Shown in pieces: positions 1-9,628 of a stretch of 64,000 bases of DNA; the stretch's first letter is position 1, and each line of letters starts with the position of its first letter. A program made the position numbers and the translations under genes. Source of the DNA: Bacteroidota bacterium (GTDB lineage: Bacteria > Bacteroidota > Bacteroidia > Bacteroidales > UBA7960); NCBI GenBank assembly GCA_007693555.1, contig REDJ01000137.1, positions 85-64,084 on the forward strand, in the 5' to 3' direction. The notes under the pieces were generated by a model. It did no database searches and was not told the origin of the DNA. It saw nothing but the letters and a program-made list of their open reading frames with translations.

Positions 1-165
1 ACGAGGGTCCTTCACTTATCAGAAAAATAAATAAAGAATTGTTAAAGGCACTAACCTGATTTCACCTAAAGCATTCCTTTTCTTATCTTTAGCCTTTGTT
101 TGAGTATCTTATTAAACAAACAATTTCTGCAGCAATTCGTTAATTTCCCAAAATATAAATAATAC

Positions 166-1410
166 ATGCTACATAGGATTTTCATACTTTTCCTTGTACT
201 CTTTTCTTTCCCGGGATTTTTGCCCGGTATTAACATAGAAAACGGCGACCGAAAAGATGGGTTTGAGTTCTCGGTTAACCGTCGTTCTGTTTCCATACCG
301 GCAAAAATAAGCAACAATCTTGTTGTTATTCCCATGCGAATCAACGATTCACCACCGCTTAATTTTATCCTTGACACAGGTGTAAATACTACCATTTTAA
401 CCGAACCAATGATTGCTTATATGTTCGACTTTATGCCCGAAGATTTGGTTTATGTGCTAGGACTGGGAGGTGAAGGAATAATAGAAGCAGGTATGTCAAG
501 AAACTTAACATTTAATATAAGGGGCATTACAGGAGAAAATATGAACCTGGTTGTAATACCGGAAGGGATCCTTTCGTTTTCTGAATTGTTTGGATTTCCT
601 GTTCATGGTATCATTGGAAATGACCTTTTCAGCAGATTTCCTGTCAGGATCAATTACAGAACCAACACCGTGAGAGTTTTTCGGGAGTCTACATACCGTA
701 TCAGAAGAAATAGTGAGATAATACCTCTTGAAATAGAAAATAACAAACCTTACGTTCATGTTCATGTAACCGGAGATACACCTGAAAAATCCGATTCATT
801 GAAACTTCTTCTTGACATGGGTGCAACCAATCCTGTATTTTTAAGTCATTCATATACTCATCTTACAGAAGAACGAATACCTTCTTTTCTTGGAAAGGGT
901 ATCAGTGGCGAACTGGTTGGAGAAATGGGAAGGCTCGAAAAAATAACCCTGGGCGACTTCACATTGAAGAGACCCCTTGTGGCTTATCCCCAGAAAGAAT
1001 TTATGGCAGCATCAAACTTAATGTTTGAATGGGAAGGCATATTAGGAGCTGGAATTTTAAGTCGCTTTCACATGATAATTGATTATAACAAAGAAAGAGT
1101 GATTCTTAGAAAAAACCGAAATTTCAATAAAGATTTTCGTGGCAACTTAAGCGGAATTGAAATCATTGCACAAGGTATAAGGTTCAATGAATACAAGGTA
1201 AACCATGTAAGGAAAAATTCAGTTGCTTATGAGCAGGATATCAGGCCCGGAGATAAAATTATTAATATTGACCGAATGGATATATCACGAATGGATATTG
1301 ACGAAATAGTTGGAATTTTCAATCAATCACCTGGCACGGTAGTCAGCATGAATATACTGCGGGATAATGAAATTCTCAGGAAAAGAATACAATTGAGAGA
1401 AGATATCTGA
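166..1410 (+). CDS. Secreted retropepsin-like aspartic protease with C-terminal PDZ domain
   Basis: 414-aa ORF with a hydrophobic N-terminal signal (MLHRIFILFLVLFSF). Two aspartic-protease motifs, LDTGVNTT and LDMGATNP. PDZ-like C-terminus (RPGDKIINIDRMDI). Confidence 0.7.
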   Translation: MLHRIFILFLVLFSFPGFLPGINIENGDRKDGFEFSVNRRSVSIPAKISNNLVVIPMRINDSPPLNFILDTGVNTTILTEPMIAYMFDFMPEDLVYVLGLGGEGIIEAGMSRNLTFNIRGITGENMNLVVIPEGILSFSELFGFPVHGIIGNDLFSRFPVRINYRTNTVRVFRESTYRIRRNSEIIPLEIENNKPYVHVHVTGDTPEKSDSLKLLLDMGATNPVFLSHSYTHLTEERIPSFLGKGISGELVGEMGRLEKITLGDFTLKRPLVAYPQKEFMAASNLMFEWEGILGAGILSRFHMIIDYNKERVILRKNRNFNKDFRGNLSGIEIIAQGIRFNEYKVNHVRKNSVAYEQDIRPGDKIINIDRMDISRMDIDEIVGIFNQSPGTVVSMNILRDNEILRKRIQLREDI

Positions 1411-1514
1411 TTTTTTTATTCTTAAGTATATAATGTTGTAATATTTAGAAAAAAACCATTTCCCGGTTTAATCTTTTCTATAAGAACAATTATTCTTCCC
1501 GGTATTATTTTACA

Positions 1515-3272
1515 CTAATCAAACAATAGTTTTCGGTCTCTATGTGCAGCTTCTCTGACCCAATTCAAGGGTACAACCTGCCAGTTGTTTCCCGGTAATG
1601 GGTTAATATAATCCTGACTTCCAATATATTCGGCAATATGACTGCGAAGATCTTTTTCAGAAACCCAGATTATTCTGTTTTCCAGCAATGAATGATCAAT
1701 TCCTGCACCTTGTGTAATATGTCCTCCACCACCGCTACCACGGTATGAATTTATGGCAACTGTATATTTTTTATCTTCATGGAAAGGGTCTCCATTGGAA
1801 AATCCTTTAATATTGAGGCGATTACCGGGTTTTTTAGATACATCTACAGTATAGTCAATACCTGAAGCAGAGTCAAAATTGTAAAAAGCATTGGCCAAAC
1901 GGATGGATTCATAAACAGATTGCCGTCCAGGTGAAACATCTCTGAAAAGTAATAGATGATCTTCGGGTCCTTCCATAGTATTGTACCACAATCCATAAGA
2001 ATATTCAAGGAAATCAATGATTTCCCTCCCGGTCATTTCCATTTTATAGAGATAATTTTCAAAGGGATATAAATTGAACATGTCGCGCATGTAAATCGTG
2101 CCAGAACTCAGTGTGGCGTTAAATGAAAGAGGGGCTGCAAAAGAAACAGAGGCCCCGGTTAACTGCAATTGTATATTATGTATAAAATCCGTGAAAGCTG
2201 AATTACCCCAGTAACTATCTCTTGAGTGTAAATCATTTCTTAATGTTGTTAAGGGTTGATTTACAAAATTCATGACAGACTGTTTTTCGCTTTGAAATTG
2301 TTCTATAAACAAAGGACAAGGATCAAACTGCGACATTTCAACTACATTGCCATTCTTTTGTTTTAATACAAAATTACCTTCAGAAGTCTTTTCAAATAAC
2401 AGATCTGCAATAGCGACCGATCTGCCAAAGGACCTGCCCGCAATCATCAAGACCTCATCTCCGCGGGCATTGATAATTTTTTCATTTCTTACCCTGTGAT
2501 CATGCGCAGTAAACACAACATCAAATCCCGGTACGTACCTTGCCACATAGAGAGAAGCATTTTCAAGATAAATATCGTCGCCCGAATATTCAATATCAGG
2601 GCCGGCGCCACTGTGAAATAAACCTACTATTGCATCCACATTTTCATTTTGCCTGATATGTTGCATCCAGTATTTTGCGGCAGAATACATACTCACGAAT
2701 TCAAGGCTTTCCCATAGTTTCCTGGGAAGCCAGTTTGGTACCGAAGGTGTTACCAGACCTAATACTGCTATTCTTACTCCTTCTCTTTCAATTACAGTGT
2801 AAGGCTCAAAAAAAGGCAAACCTGTTCTTATGTGCAGGACATTTGCAGCAAGCCAGGGAAAATCAAATTGTTTTTTAAGTTTATTGTATACTTCGGGTCC
2901 CATTTCTATATCATGATTACCAACCGTAGCTGCATCAAAGCCAACCCCGTTCATTACCCTTGCGAAAAAATGCTCATCATTTGCATCAATAAAGTTGAAG
3001 TAGTAACCTGTCGGTTGCCCCTGAAGCAAATCGCCATTATCCAGAAGTATAACCTGGTTACCCGGAATAGCCCTCTGCTTGTCAACAAATGTTTTCACAT
3101 GAGCCAGGCTTCCTTCTAAAGACCTGTCATTAACAAAATCATGAGGAAAAACTGTTGCATGTAAATCGGCTACAGTAATTAGCTGTATTTTAACTTCCTG
3201 GGCAGTGACTGCCGAAAAACCCAGAATCAACAAAAAAAGAAATCCTGCCTTTAGTTTATTTGGAAATGCCAT
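1515..3272 (-). CDS. Bifunctional metallophosphatase / 5'-nucleotidase (UshA-like), secreted
   Basis: 585 aa with a signal peptide. Calcineurin-type motifs DLHA, DNGDLLQG and GNHDIEMG. C-terminal 5'-nucleotidase-like region (NSYRGSGGGGH). Confidence 0.8.
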   Translation of the reverse strand: MAFPNKLKAGFLFLLILGFSAVTAQEVKIQLITVADLHATVFPHDFVNDRSLEGSLAHVKTFVDKQRAIPGNQVILLDNGDLLQGQPTGYYFNFIDANDEHFFARVMNGVGFDAATVGNHDIEMGPEVYNKLKKQFDFPWLAANVLHIRTGLPFFEPYTVIEREGVRIAVLGLVTPSVPNWLPRKLWESLEFVSMYSAAKYWMQHIRQNENVDAIVGLFHSGAGPDIEYSGDDIYLENASLYVARYVPGFDVVFTAHDHRVRNEKIINARGDEVLMIAGRSFGRSVAIADLLFEKTSEGNFVLKQKNGNVVEMSQFDPCPLFIEQFQSEKQSVMNFVNQPLTTLRNDLHSRDSYWGNSAFTDFIHNIQLQLTGASVSFAAPLSFNATLSSGTIYMRDMFNLYPFENYLYKMEMTGREIIDFLEYSYGLWYNTMEGPEDHLLLFRDVSPGRQSVYESIRLANAFYNFDSASGIDYTVDVSKKPGNRLNIKGFSNGDPFHEDKKYTVAINSYRGSGGGGHITQGAGIDHSLLENRIIWVSEKDLRSHIAEYIGSQDYINPLPGNNWQVVPLNWVREAAHRDRKLLFD

Positions 3273-3305
3273 AACGGATAATTATTAAATTTTTACTGTA
3301 ATATT

Positions 3306-3344
3306 CTAAAAAAAACGGTATCTGCAAAACTACAAATACCGTTT
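3306..3344 (-). terminator. Intrinsic terminator downstream of rpoD
   Basis: Stem ACGGTAT / ATACCGT (3315-3321 / 3336-3342) extended by A:T pairs. The plus-strand A-run 3308-3315 gives a U-run after the hairpin on the minus strand. Lies 26 nt after the rpoD stop. Confidence 0.6.
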
Positions 3345-3369
3345 ATTAAAACATTATAATTTGAAGAAA

Positions 3370-4236
3370 TTATTGTCCCAGATAGGCTTTTAATAATTTG
3401 CTTCGTGAAGTGTGCTTCAATCTTCTGATAGCTTTTTCCTTTATCTGACGTACACGTTCGCGGGTAAGGTCAAATTTAGCACCGATTTCATCCAGGGTAA
3501 GCCCATGGTTCATACCAATGCCGAAATACAGGTTTATCACATCTCTTTCTTTCTCTGTAAGTGTAGCCAGTGATCTTTGAATTTCTCTGGCCAGAGATTC
3601 ATGGATGAGGCTTGAGTCGGCATTCGGAGAATCCTGGTTGATATAGACATCCAGCAGGCTGGCGTCTTCTCCCTGAACAAGCGGGGCATCAACAGACACA
3701 TGATGAGTGGAAATTCTGTAAGATTCTGTGATTTTATCTTCATTGATTTCCAGAGATTCAGCAAGTTCTTCAGTGGAGGGCGGACGTTCAAATTTTTGCT
3801 CGAGGCGCGAAGCTTCTTTTTTGATTTTGTTAAGCGAACCAACCTGGTTCAGAGGAAGCCTGACAATTCTTGACTGTTCGGCCAATGCCTGAAGAATAGA
3901 CTGACGTATCCACCACACCGCATACGAGATAAATTTAAAACCACGGGTTTCGTCAAACCTTTTAGCGGCTTTTATTAAGCCAAGGTTTCCTTCGTTAATC
4001 AGGTCAGGAAGACTAAGACCCTGGTTTTGATACTGTTTTGCAACCGATACCACAAAACGAAGATTGGCTTTGGTAAGCTTTTCCAAAGCTGCCTGATCGC
4101 CTTGCTTAATTCGCTGAGCAAGCTGAACTTCTTCCTCAGCTGTGATAAGGGGTACCTTACCAATTTCCTGAAGATACTTGTCCAACGAAGCGGTATCACG
4201 ATTGGTGATAGATTTTGAAATCTTTAATTGTCTCAT
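3370..4236 (-). CDS. rpoD: Primary RNA polymerase sigma factor (sigma-70 family, Bacteroidota short form lacking region 1.1)
   Basis: 288 aa. Regions 2-4 are recognisable ([35 protein letters not shown]). Confidence 0.9.
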   Translation of the reverse strand: MRQLKISKSITNRDTASLDKYLQEIGKVPLITAEEEVQLAQRIKQGDQAALEKLTKANLRFVVSVAKQYQNQGLSLPDLINEGNLGLIKAAKRFDETRGFKFISYAVWWIRQSILQALAEQSRIVRLPLNQVGSLNKIKKEASRLEQKFERPPSTEELAESLEINEDKITESYRISTHHVSVDAPLVQGEDASLLDVYINQDSPNADSSLIHESLAREIQRSLATLTEKERDVINLYFGIGMNHGLTLDEIGAKFDLTRERVRQIKEKAIRRLKHTSRSKLLKAYLGQ

Positions 4237-4369
4237 AGTTTGAATTAAAGTTTTTAAAAATTGGGGTAGTGGAATATGAAGTCAATTTTCCTAAAGAAAA
4301 AGTTGCCAAAGGTACAAAATTTTTCTGACATGGAAAAGTTAATTCTTTTTGATTTAAAGATAAGGGAAA

Positions 4370-4425
4370 CCACCTTCGCACAACATCATAACTTTAAACG
4401 AAACCTCTAAGTTGTGAGAAGGTGG
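4370..4425 (-). terminator. Long stem-loop between htrA stop and rpoD start (terminator or rpoD leader element)
   Basis: Arm CCACCTTCGCACAAC (4370-4384) pairs with GTTGTGAGAAGGTGG (4411-4425): 15 positions with 1 mismatch and a 26-nt loop. Begins 25 nt after the htrA stop on the minus strand and is followed by a moderately U-rich tail. Confidence 0.3.
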
Positions 4426-4449
4426 TCCGCTTGCAAGAGACTTAAACTT

Positions 4450-5925
4450 TTACAAACCTACACCGTAATAAGCTCTTGTGCCGTTAGGATATAAACCTCC
4501 TATCAAAATTCCTCCGCTTTTGCCGGCCAGCATGCTTACCAATTCTCTGGCTGAAGCTACAGGTTGCCTGTCAATGTGTGTTATGATAAAACCCTCTCTT
4601 ACTCCTGCACTGGCAAGCTTACCCTGCGACAAGGAGGTAACTTTTACTCCGTTCTCTATTCTCAATCGGCTGCGCTCACGTGCAGTAATATCCTCCAGCG
4701 TAGCTCCCAGCAATTCAATCACATCTCTTTCTCCTCTCTGAACGATAGAAGTGTCTCCGTGTATATTTTTAAGAACTGCTTTACTATCCATTGTACGACC
4801 ATTACGTATAAAAGTTACGGTGATTTCGTCGCCAGGCCGCTTACGTCCAACTGTTTCCAGTAAATCGGACGTAGTATTAATAGTTCTGTCATTGATTCTT
4901 GTAATAACATCTCCTCGTTTGAGTCCGGCTGCTTCGCCTGCCCCTCCCTCAATAACATTTTCAATAAAAACGCCACGGTTTACATTCAAGTCATGTTCAC
5001 GAACCAGCGCTGGAGTAACATCATTGATATTGATATTGAGGAAGCCACGTTGAACTTCTCCGTGTTCCATAAGGTCCATGGTTACCTTTTTAGCTATATT
5101 TGAAGGAATGGCAAAGGAATAACCTGCAAATGTACCGGTTGTAGAAGCTATAGCAGCATTTATACCTATAAGCTCACCATTGGTGTTTACCAAAGCTCCT
5201 CCGCTGTTGCCTCTGTTAACTGCCGCATCTGTCTGAATAAATGATTCAATTGCAGTGTTTCCGCCAAGGATATTAATCTGCCGTCCTTTTGCACTGACTA
5301 TACCAGCAGTAACTGTAGAGGTAAGATTAAAAGGATTTCCTACGGCCAGAACCCACTCACCCACCTGTACTTTGTCAGAATCTCCAAAAACAGCATACGG
5401 AAGATCATTGCCATCAATTTTTAAAAGCGCCAGGTCGGTGGTAGGGTCTGTTCCAACTACTGTAGCATCAAAAACCCTATTATCATTCAATGTCACTTCA
5501 AGCTGCACTGCATCCTGCACCACGTGATTATTGGTAATAACATAACCGTCTTCACTCAGTATTACACCACTTCCTGCTCCCTGAACGCGTCTTTCAGGAG
5601 TTCTGCGCTGACGAGGTCCAAAAAACTCACGAAAAATATCTCCAGGCCCGAAGAATTCTTCATATATACTGCTGGGCCTTTCAAACTCTGCACGGATGTG
5701 CACTACTGTATTAACTGTCATTCCGGCCACTACAGTAAAATCAGGGAGATGAGTAGGTACATTAGATAAGTAATGTGCAAATGCTGAAGGTATGGAACGA
5801 CCAGATTCCTTACCATCATATCTCATAAGTTGCTGCTCTGCAGTAGGAACAAACAACCTTTGCATAAATATTGCAGATAAGCCACCCAATATTGCTACCA
5901 GAAGCAGCGTGAGAAATTTTTTCAT
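4450..5925 (-). CDS. htrA: Periplasmic serine endoprotease HtrA/DegP/DegQ family with two PDZ domains
   Basis: 491 aa with an N-terminal TM/signal. Trypsin-like motifs TNNHVV, DLALLK and GNSGGALVN. PDZ-like C-terminal halves. Confidence 0.9.
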   Translation of the reverse strand: MKKFLTLLLVAILGGLSAIFMQRLFVPTAEQQLMRYDGKESGRSIPSAFAHYLSNVPTHLPDFTVVAGMTVNTVVHIRAEFERPSSIYEEFFGPGDIFREFFGPRQRRTPERRVQGAGSGVILSEDGYVITNNHVVQDAVQLEVTLNDNRVFDATVVGTDPTTDLALLKIDGNDLPYAVFGDSDKVQVGEWVLAVGNPFNLTSTVTAGIVSAKGRQINILGGNTAIESFIQTDAAVNRGNSGGALVNTNGELIGINAAIASTTGTFAGYSFAIPSNIAKKVTMDLMEHGEVQRGFLNININDVTPALVREHDLNVNRGVFIENVIEGGAGEAAGLKRGDVITRINDRTINTTSDLLETVGRKRPGDEITVTFIRNGRTMDSKAVLKNIHGDTSIVQRGERDVIELLGATLEDITARERSRLRIENGVKVTSLSQGKLASAGVREGFIITHIDRQPVASARELVSMLAGKSGGILIGGLYPNGTRAYYGVGL

Positions 5926-6375
5926 ATCTTTAGTTTTAAAAGTTTTTTACTTATTTATACAATTAAGAGTGAGAAACGAACCTTTGAAAGGTTTTTTATC
6001 ATTACATTTTTCTTCTCACAAATTATATACCTTTTTAAGTGAGATTTGTTCATGTAAATTGTACGATTTCTTAACAGCACCTAATTAACGTTCTCTTATT
6101 CAGTTAATTTTCAATGCGTTGTTAAAAATAGTTAAGCTTTAACAATATTTACTCACATACTCTACAGTAAAGAAATTATGACATGAATAAGATAAAAACA
6201 GGTAATTAATACCGGTGAAAATTGAAGAAATACTTCCTGCTTTTTTGTAATTTTACTTATCAGATTTTAATGGTTCTTTATCCTGGTGCATTTTATATTG
6301 TAATAATTATGCATCCGTTACTGAAACCAAAATAATTTGGTATCAGTAACACCCTGACAAAAAAAATTCAGATAG

Positions 6376-7044
6376 ATGAAACGAAAACGTGAAAAAGAGT
6401 TTAGCCCGTTAAATCTAATATTTGGATTGCTCCTTGGATTTTTCCTGGGTAGCACACTGGTATACTGGCATTTAAACAGACAAAGTGACAGAAATATTCA
6501 CGAAGCACTGGAAAAGATCATGGCTGTTTTTTCGGAAAATAATAATCGTGAAGTAAAACCTTCAGAAACTGTCAATATATTAAATGAATTCCTATCCGAC
6601 GATTTAAAAACGGAAGCGCCCTATTCAGTAGATAGCGATTTGCAAAACCAAGGACCTGCTCCGGGTTTAAGCTCAACTTCCTATTCTATGGTCAGAGATA
6701 AACTATTACACAGAAAGTTTATATCGGTGCCTATAGAAAAAACCAAGCAATCCAATGCTACATTAATATTGGATTCGCTTCTTGGTAAAAGGGAAAAAGC
6801 TGCTGATGAACATATTTTCCAGGTTGAATTCTGGGAATCACCCCTAAATTCAGTAGGATACCTGATGGGAAAATCACGAATTATCCTGTATGGTATAAGC
6901 TTTTACGAACTTGCTGAAATATATAACGAAAAGGGAAATTTTTATTTGCGCTATATGAATAATACATACCCCATGAGTTTTACAAATACCTTCAAACCTC
7001 TTGTACCCATAGGACCAACATTTTCAATGGAAGAAGTTCAATGA
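6376..7044 (+). CDS. Hypothetical membrane-anchored protein
   Basis: 222 aa with a single N-terminal TM (LIFGLLLGFFLGSTLVYW). Its stop overlaps the dapF start (ATGA), suggesting co-transcription. I recognise no family. Confidence 0.5.
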   Translation: MKRKREKEFSPLNLIFGLLLGFFLGSTLVYWHLNRQSDRNIHEALEKIMAVFSENNNREVKPSETVNILNEFLSDDLKTEAPYSVDSDLQNQGPAPGLSSTSYSMVRDKLLHRKFISVPIEKTKQSNATLILDSLLGKREKAADEHIFQVEFWESPLNSVGYLMGKSRIILYGISFYELAEIYNEKGNFYLRYMNNTYPMSFTNTFKPLVPIGPTFSMEEVQ

Positions 7045-7856
7045 TTATGAGCTTACAATTTTACAAATATCATGGTGCCGGTAATGATTTCATCATCATT
7101 GATGAGATGCGAAAAAAAAATCCTGAATCAGAGACACTTGGTACTGAAATGATTGCCGCACTTTGCCACAGAAAATTCGGTATTGGTGCGGATGGTCTGA
7201 TGCTGTTGCGCCCGCATCCGGAGAATGATTTTCGCATGATTTATTACAATAGTAATGGTTTGGAGGGAAGTATGTGTGGCAATGGAGGTCGTTGCCTGGT
7301 TGCTTTTGCTAAGTATCAGGGTTACATCAGTCAAGAAACCGATTTCATGGCTTCTGATGGAATTCACAAGGGAATAATCTGGAAAGACAATGGCATTAAC
7401 TCAGACGTATCCATTAGCATGCAGAATATAGAGTACATTAAGGAAATGGATGAAGGTCTTTTCCTTGATACCGGCTCTCCTCATCTTGTTCGATTTGTTG
7501 AAAATCTGGAACACATCGATGTGTTCCTTGAAGGGAAAAAAATCCGTAATTCAGCTGTTTTTGCACCCGGGGGTACCAACGTTAATTTTGTTGAGGTAAA
7601 GCAAAACAAAATACATATTCGAACCTTTGAGAGAGGTGTAGAAAACGAAACGTTAGCATGCGGAACAGGGATTACAGCTGCTGCTATATCCACACACTAT
7701 AAAAAACTTATAAATAACCGGGAAAGGTATTACGTAAATGCAAAAGGTGGTGAACTGGCAGTTTCTTTTACAACGGCTGACAATATGTACCGGAATGTTA
7801 TGTTGCAAGGGCCGGTAGTCAGGGTATTCAAAGGTGAGATAGATTTACAGGGATAG
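7041..7856 (+). CDS. dapF: Diaminopimelate epimerase
   Basis: 271 aa. Motifs YHGAGNDFIIID, catalytic Cys SMCGNGGRC and second Cys TLACGTG. Confidence 0.9.
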   Translation: MIMSLQFYKYHGAGNDFIIIDEMRKKNPESETLGTEMIAALCHRKFGIGADGLMLLRPHPENDFRMIYYNSNGLEGSMCGNGGRCLVAFAKYQGYISQETDFMASDGIHKGIIWKDNGINSDVSISMQNIEYIKEMDEGLFLDTGSPHLVRFVENLEHIDVFLEGKKIRNSAVFAPGGTNVNFVEVKQNKIHIRTFERGVENETLACGTGITAAAISTHYKKLINNRERYYVNAKGGELAVSFTTADNMYRNVMLQGPVVRVFKGEIDLQG

Positions 7857-7933
7857 TTTTCAACTGTAATTCATATCAATTTGTATATTACCGGACAAAT
7901 CAATTCTAAAAAATACTTTAAAAATACTTTTTT

Positions 7934-8452
7934 ATGAAAGTTTTACAGGGCAAAAATCTAAGTTTACGGGCAATGGAACCCGAAGATATAGATATCATGT
8001 ATGAGTGGGAAAATGACCCTGGTATATGGAAATACAGCAATACCCACACACCTTTTTCAAGATTTTATCTTGAACAATATGTCATAAATTCGCATTGTGA
8101 TATATACATGGATAAGCAACTGCGACTGATGATCAATGACGCAGAAAATAATACAGTGGGCTGTATTGACTTATTTGAGTTTGACCCTAAAAACAGGCGT
8201 GCCGGTATTGGCATATTGATTGCTAAGGCTCACCGTAAAAATGGATATGCTTCGGAGGCACTGGATATCATTATTGACTATGCAAAAAAAACATTAAATC
8301 TGCATCAGCTTTATTGCAGCATTACAACAGACAATAAAACCAGCCTTAAATTGTTTAAGAAAAAGGGATTTGGGGAAGTGGGGTTGAAAAAGCAATGGAT
8401 ATGGAATGAAAACAGCTGGCTGGATGAGTATCTCTTACAATTGATTTTTTGA
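7934..8452 (+). CDS. GNAT family N-acetyltransferase (RimJ/RimL-like)
   Basis: 172 aa. Acetyl-CoA binding-type segment RRAGIGILIAKAHRKNGYASEAL. Confidence 0.75.
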   Translation: MKVLQGKNLSLRAMEPEDIDIMYEWENDPGIWKYSNTHTPFSRFYLEQYVINSHCDIYMDKQLRLMINDAENNTVGCIDLFEFDPKNRRAGIGILIAKAHRKNGYASEALDIIIDYAKKTLNLHQLYCSITTDNKTSLKLFKKKGFGEVGLKKQWIWNENSWLDEYLLQLIF

Positions 8453-8456
8453 TAAT

Positions 8457-9545
8457 TTGAATCAACCCATGACTCAAAAGAAAAAAAGAAAAAAAATAAA
8501 AAGAACTCCTTTCTGGATTAAAGTTATCATCTCACTTTTTTTAATTGTTATTATATCAGGAGGGATAGCTGCTTACAGGCTTTACCATGCTATTTATCAG
8601 CCCAATATTTTTTTGGGAGAAAGAAGAACCACCCATATATTCATTCCTACGGGAAGTAATTTCAATGATGTAAAAGCAATTCTTTATGAAAATGGGATGA
8701 TTATCAATACCAATACTTTTGAATGGCTGGCTGAGAAAAAAAACTACAAAAACCTTGTCAAACCAGGTCGATACCTCATTCATGAAGATATGGGTAACAA
8801 TGAACTCATTAATCTGTTACGTTCGGGGAACCAGGATCCTGTCAGACTTACTTTTAATAATATAAGAACAAAAGAAGAACTGGCTGGGAGCATTGCCAGA
8901 CAAATAGAAGCGGATTCTGTATCCATTATCAGATTATTTAAAAATACTGAATTTCTTAGCAAGTATAATTTAACCTCCGAAACAGCAAAACTGCTTTTTA
9001 TACCTAACACCTATGAGTTTTTCTGGAATACTTCTGCCGAGCAACTTTTTGAAAGAATGAACCGTGAATTTAATTCTTTCTGGAATGAAGAGCGATTGCG
9101 CAAAGCACAGAATATTAACCTTTCTCCACTTGAGGTAGGAACCCTTGCCTCAATTGTTCAGTCCGAAACATCCAGACCAGGTGAATTCAGCAAAGTTGCC
9201 GGAGTATATATTAACCGACTTAACAGAAATATGCCACTGCAGGCTGATCCTACTGTGATTTTTGCTGTAGGTGATTTCAGTATTCGCAGGGTTTTAAACC
9301 GCCATCTTGAAATTGACTCTCCTTACAATACCTATAAATATGCAGGTTTACCACCAGGCCCCATTAATCTTCCCGAAATGCGTGTACTGGATGGAGTACT
9401 TAATTATCAAAAACATGAATATCTCTTCTTTTGTGCGAGAGATGACTTCTCAGGTTATCATGCCTTTGCCAGAACCTATTCTCAGCACCTTGCCAATGCG
9501 CGAAGATATCAGAATGCATTGAACCAAAGAAGAATCATGCGATAG
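8457..9545 (+). CDS. mltG: Endolytic murein transglycosylase MltG (YceG family)
   Basis: 362 aa with an N-terminal TM. YceG signature SIVQSET ... LQADPTVIF ... SPYNTYKYAGLPPGPI. The track start is TTG at 8457; the ATG at 8469 (MTQKKKRKK) is the likelier start. Confidence 0.85.
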   Translation: MNQPMTQKKKRKKIKRTPFWIKVIISLFLIVIISGGIAAYRLYHAIYQPNIFLGERRTTHIFIPTGSNFNDVKAILYENGMIINTNTFEWLAEKKNYKNLVKPGRYLIHEDMGNNELINLLRSGNQDPVRLTFNNIRTKEELAGSIARQIEADSVSIIRLFKNTEFLSKYNLTSETAKLLFIPNTYEFFWNTSAEQLFERMNREFNSFWNEERLRKAQNINLSPLEVGTLASIVQSETSRPGEFSKVAGVYINRLNRNMPLQADPTVIFAVGDFSIRRVLNRHLEIDSPYNTYKYAGLPPGPINLPEMRVLDGVLNYQKHEYLFFCARDDFSGYHAFARTYSQHLANARRYQNALNQRRIMR

Positions 9546-9572
9546 TATTTCGCCAACTTCAATTTATCTTCT

Positions 9573-9580
9573 TATTTTTG
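9573..9580 (+). promoter_or_regulatory. Bacteroidota -7 promoter box TATTTTTG
   Basis: Exact match to the TAnnTTTG consensus, 49 nt upstream of the ATG at 9629. Confidence 0.35.
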
Positions 9581-9628
9581 CTTTTCACTTTCGGTTGATA
9601 TCGGATTCAGCCATTAAAATTTGTTATC

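Noticed and set aside
1-30. A possible 3' end of a plus-strand gene (frame-1 stop at 28-30).
   Set aside because: Only nine codons are visible, which is too little to support a feature.
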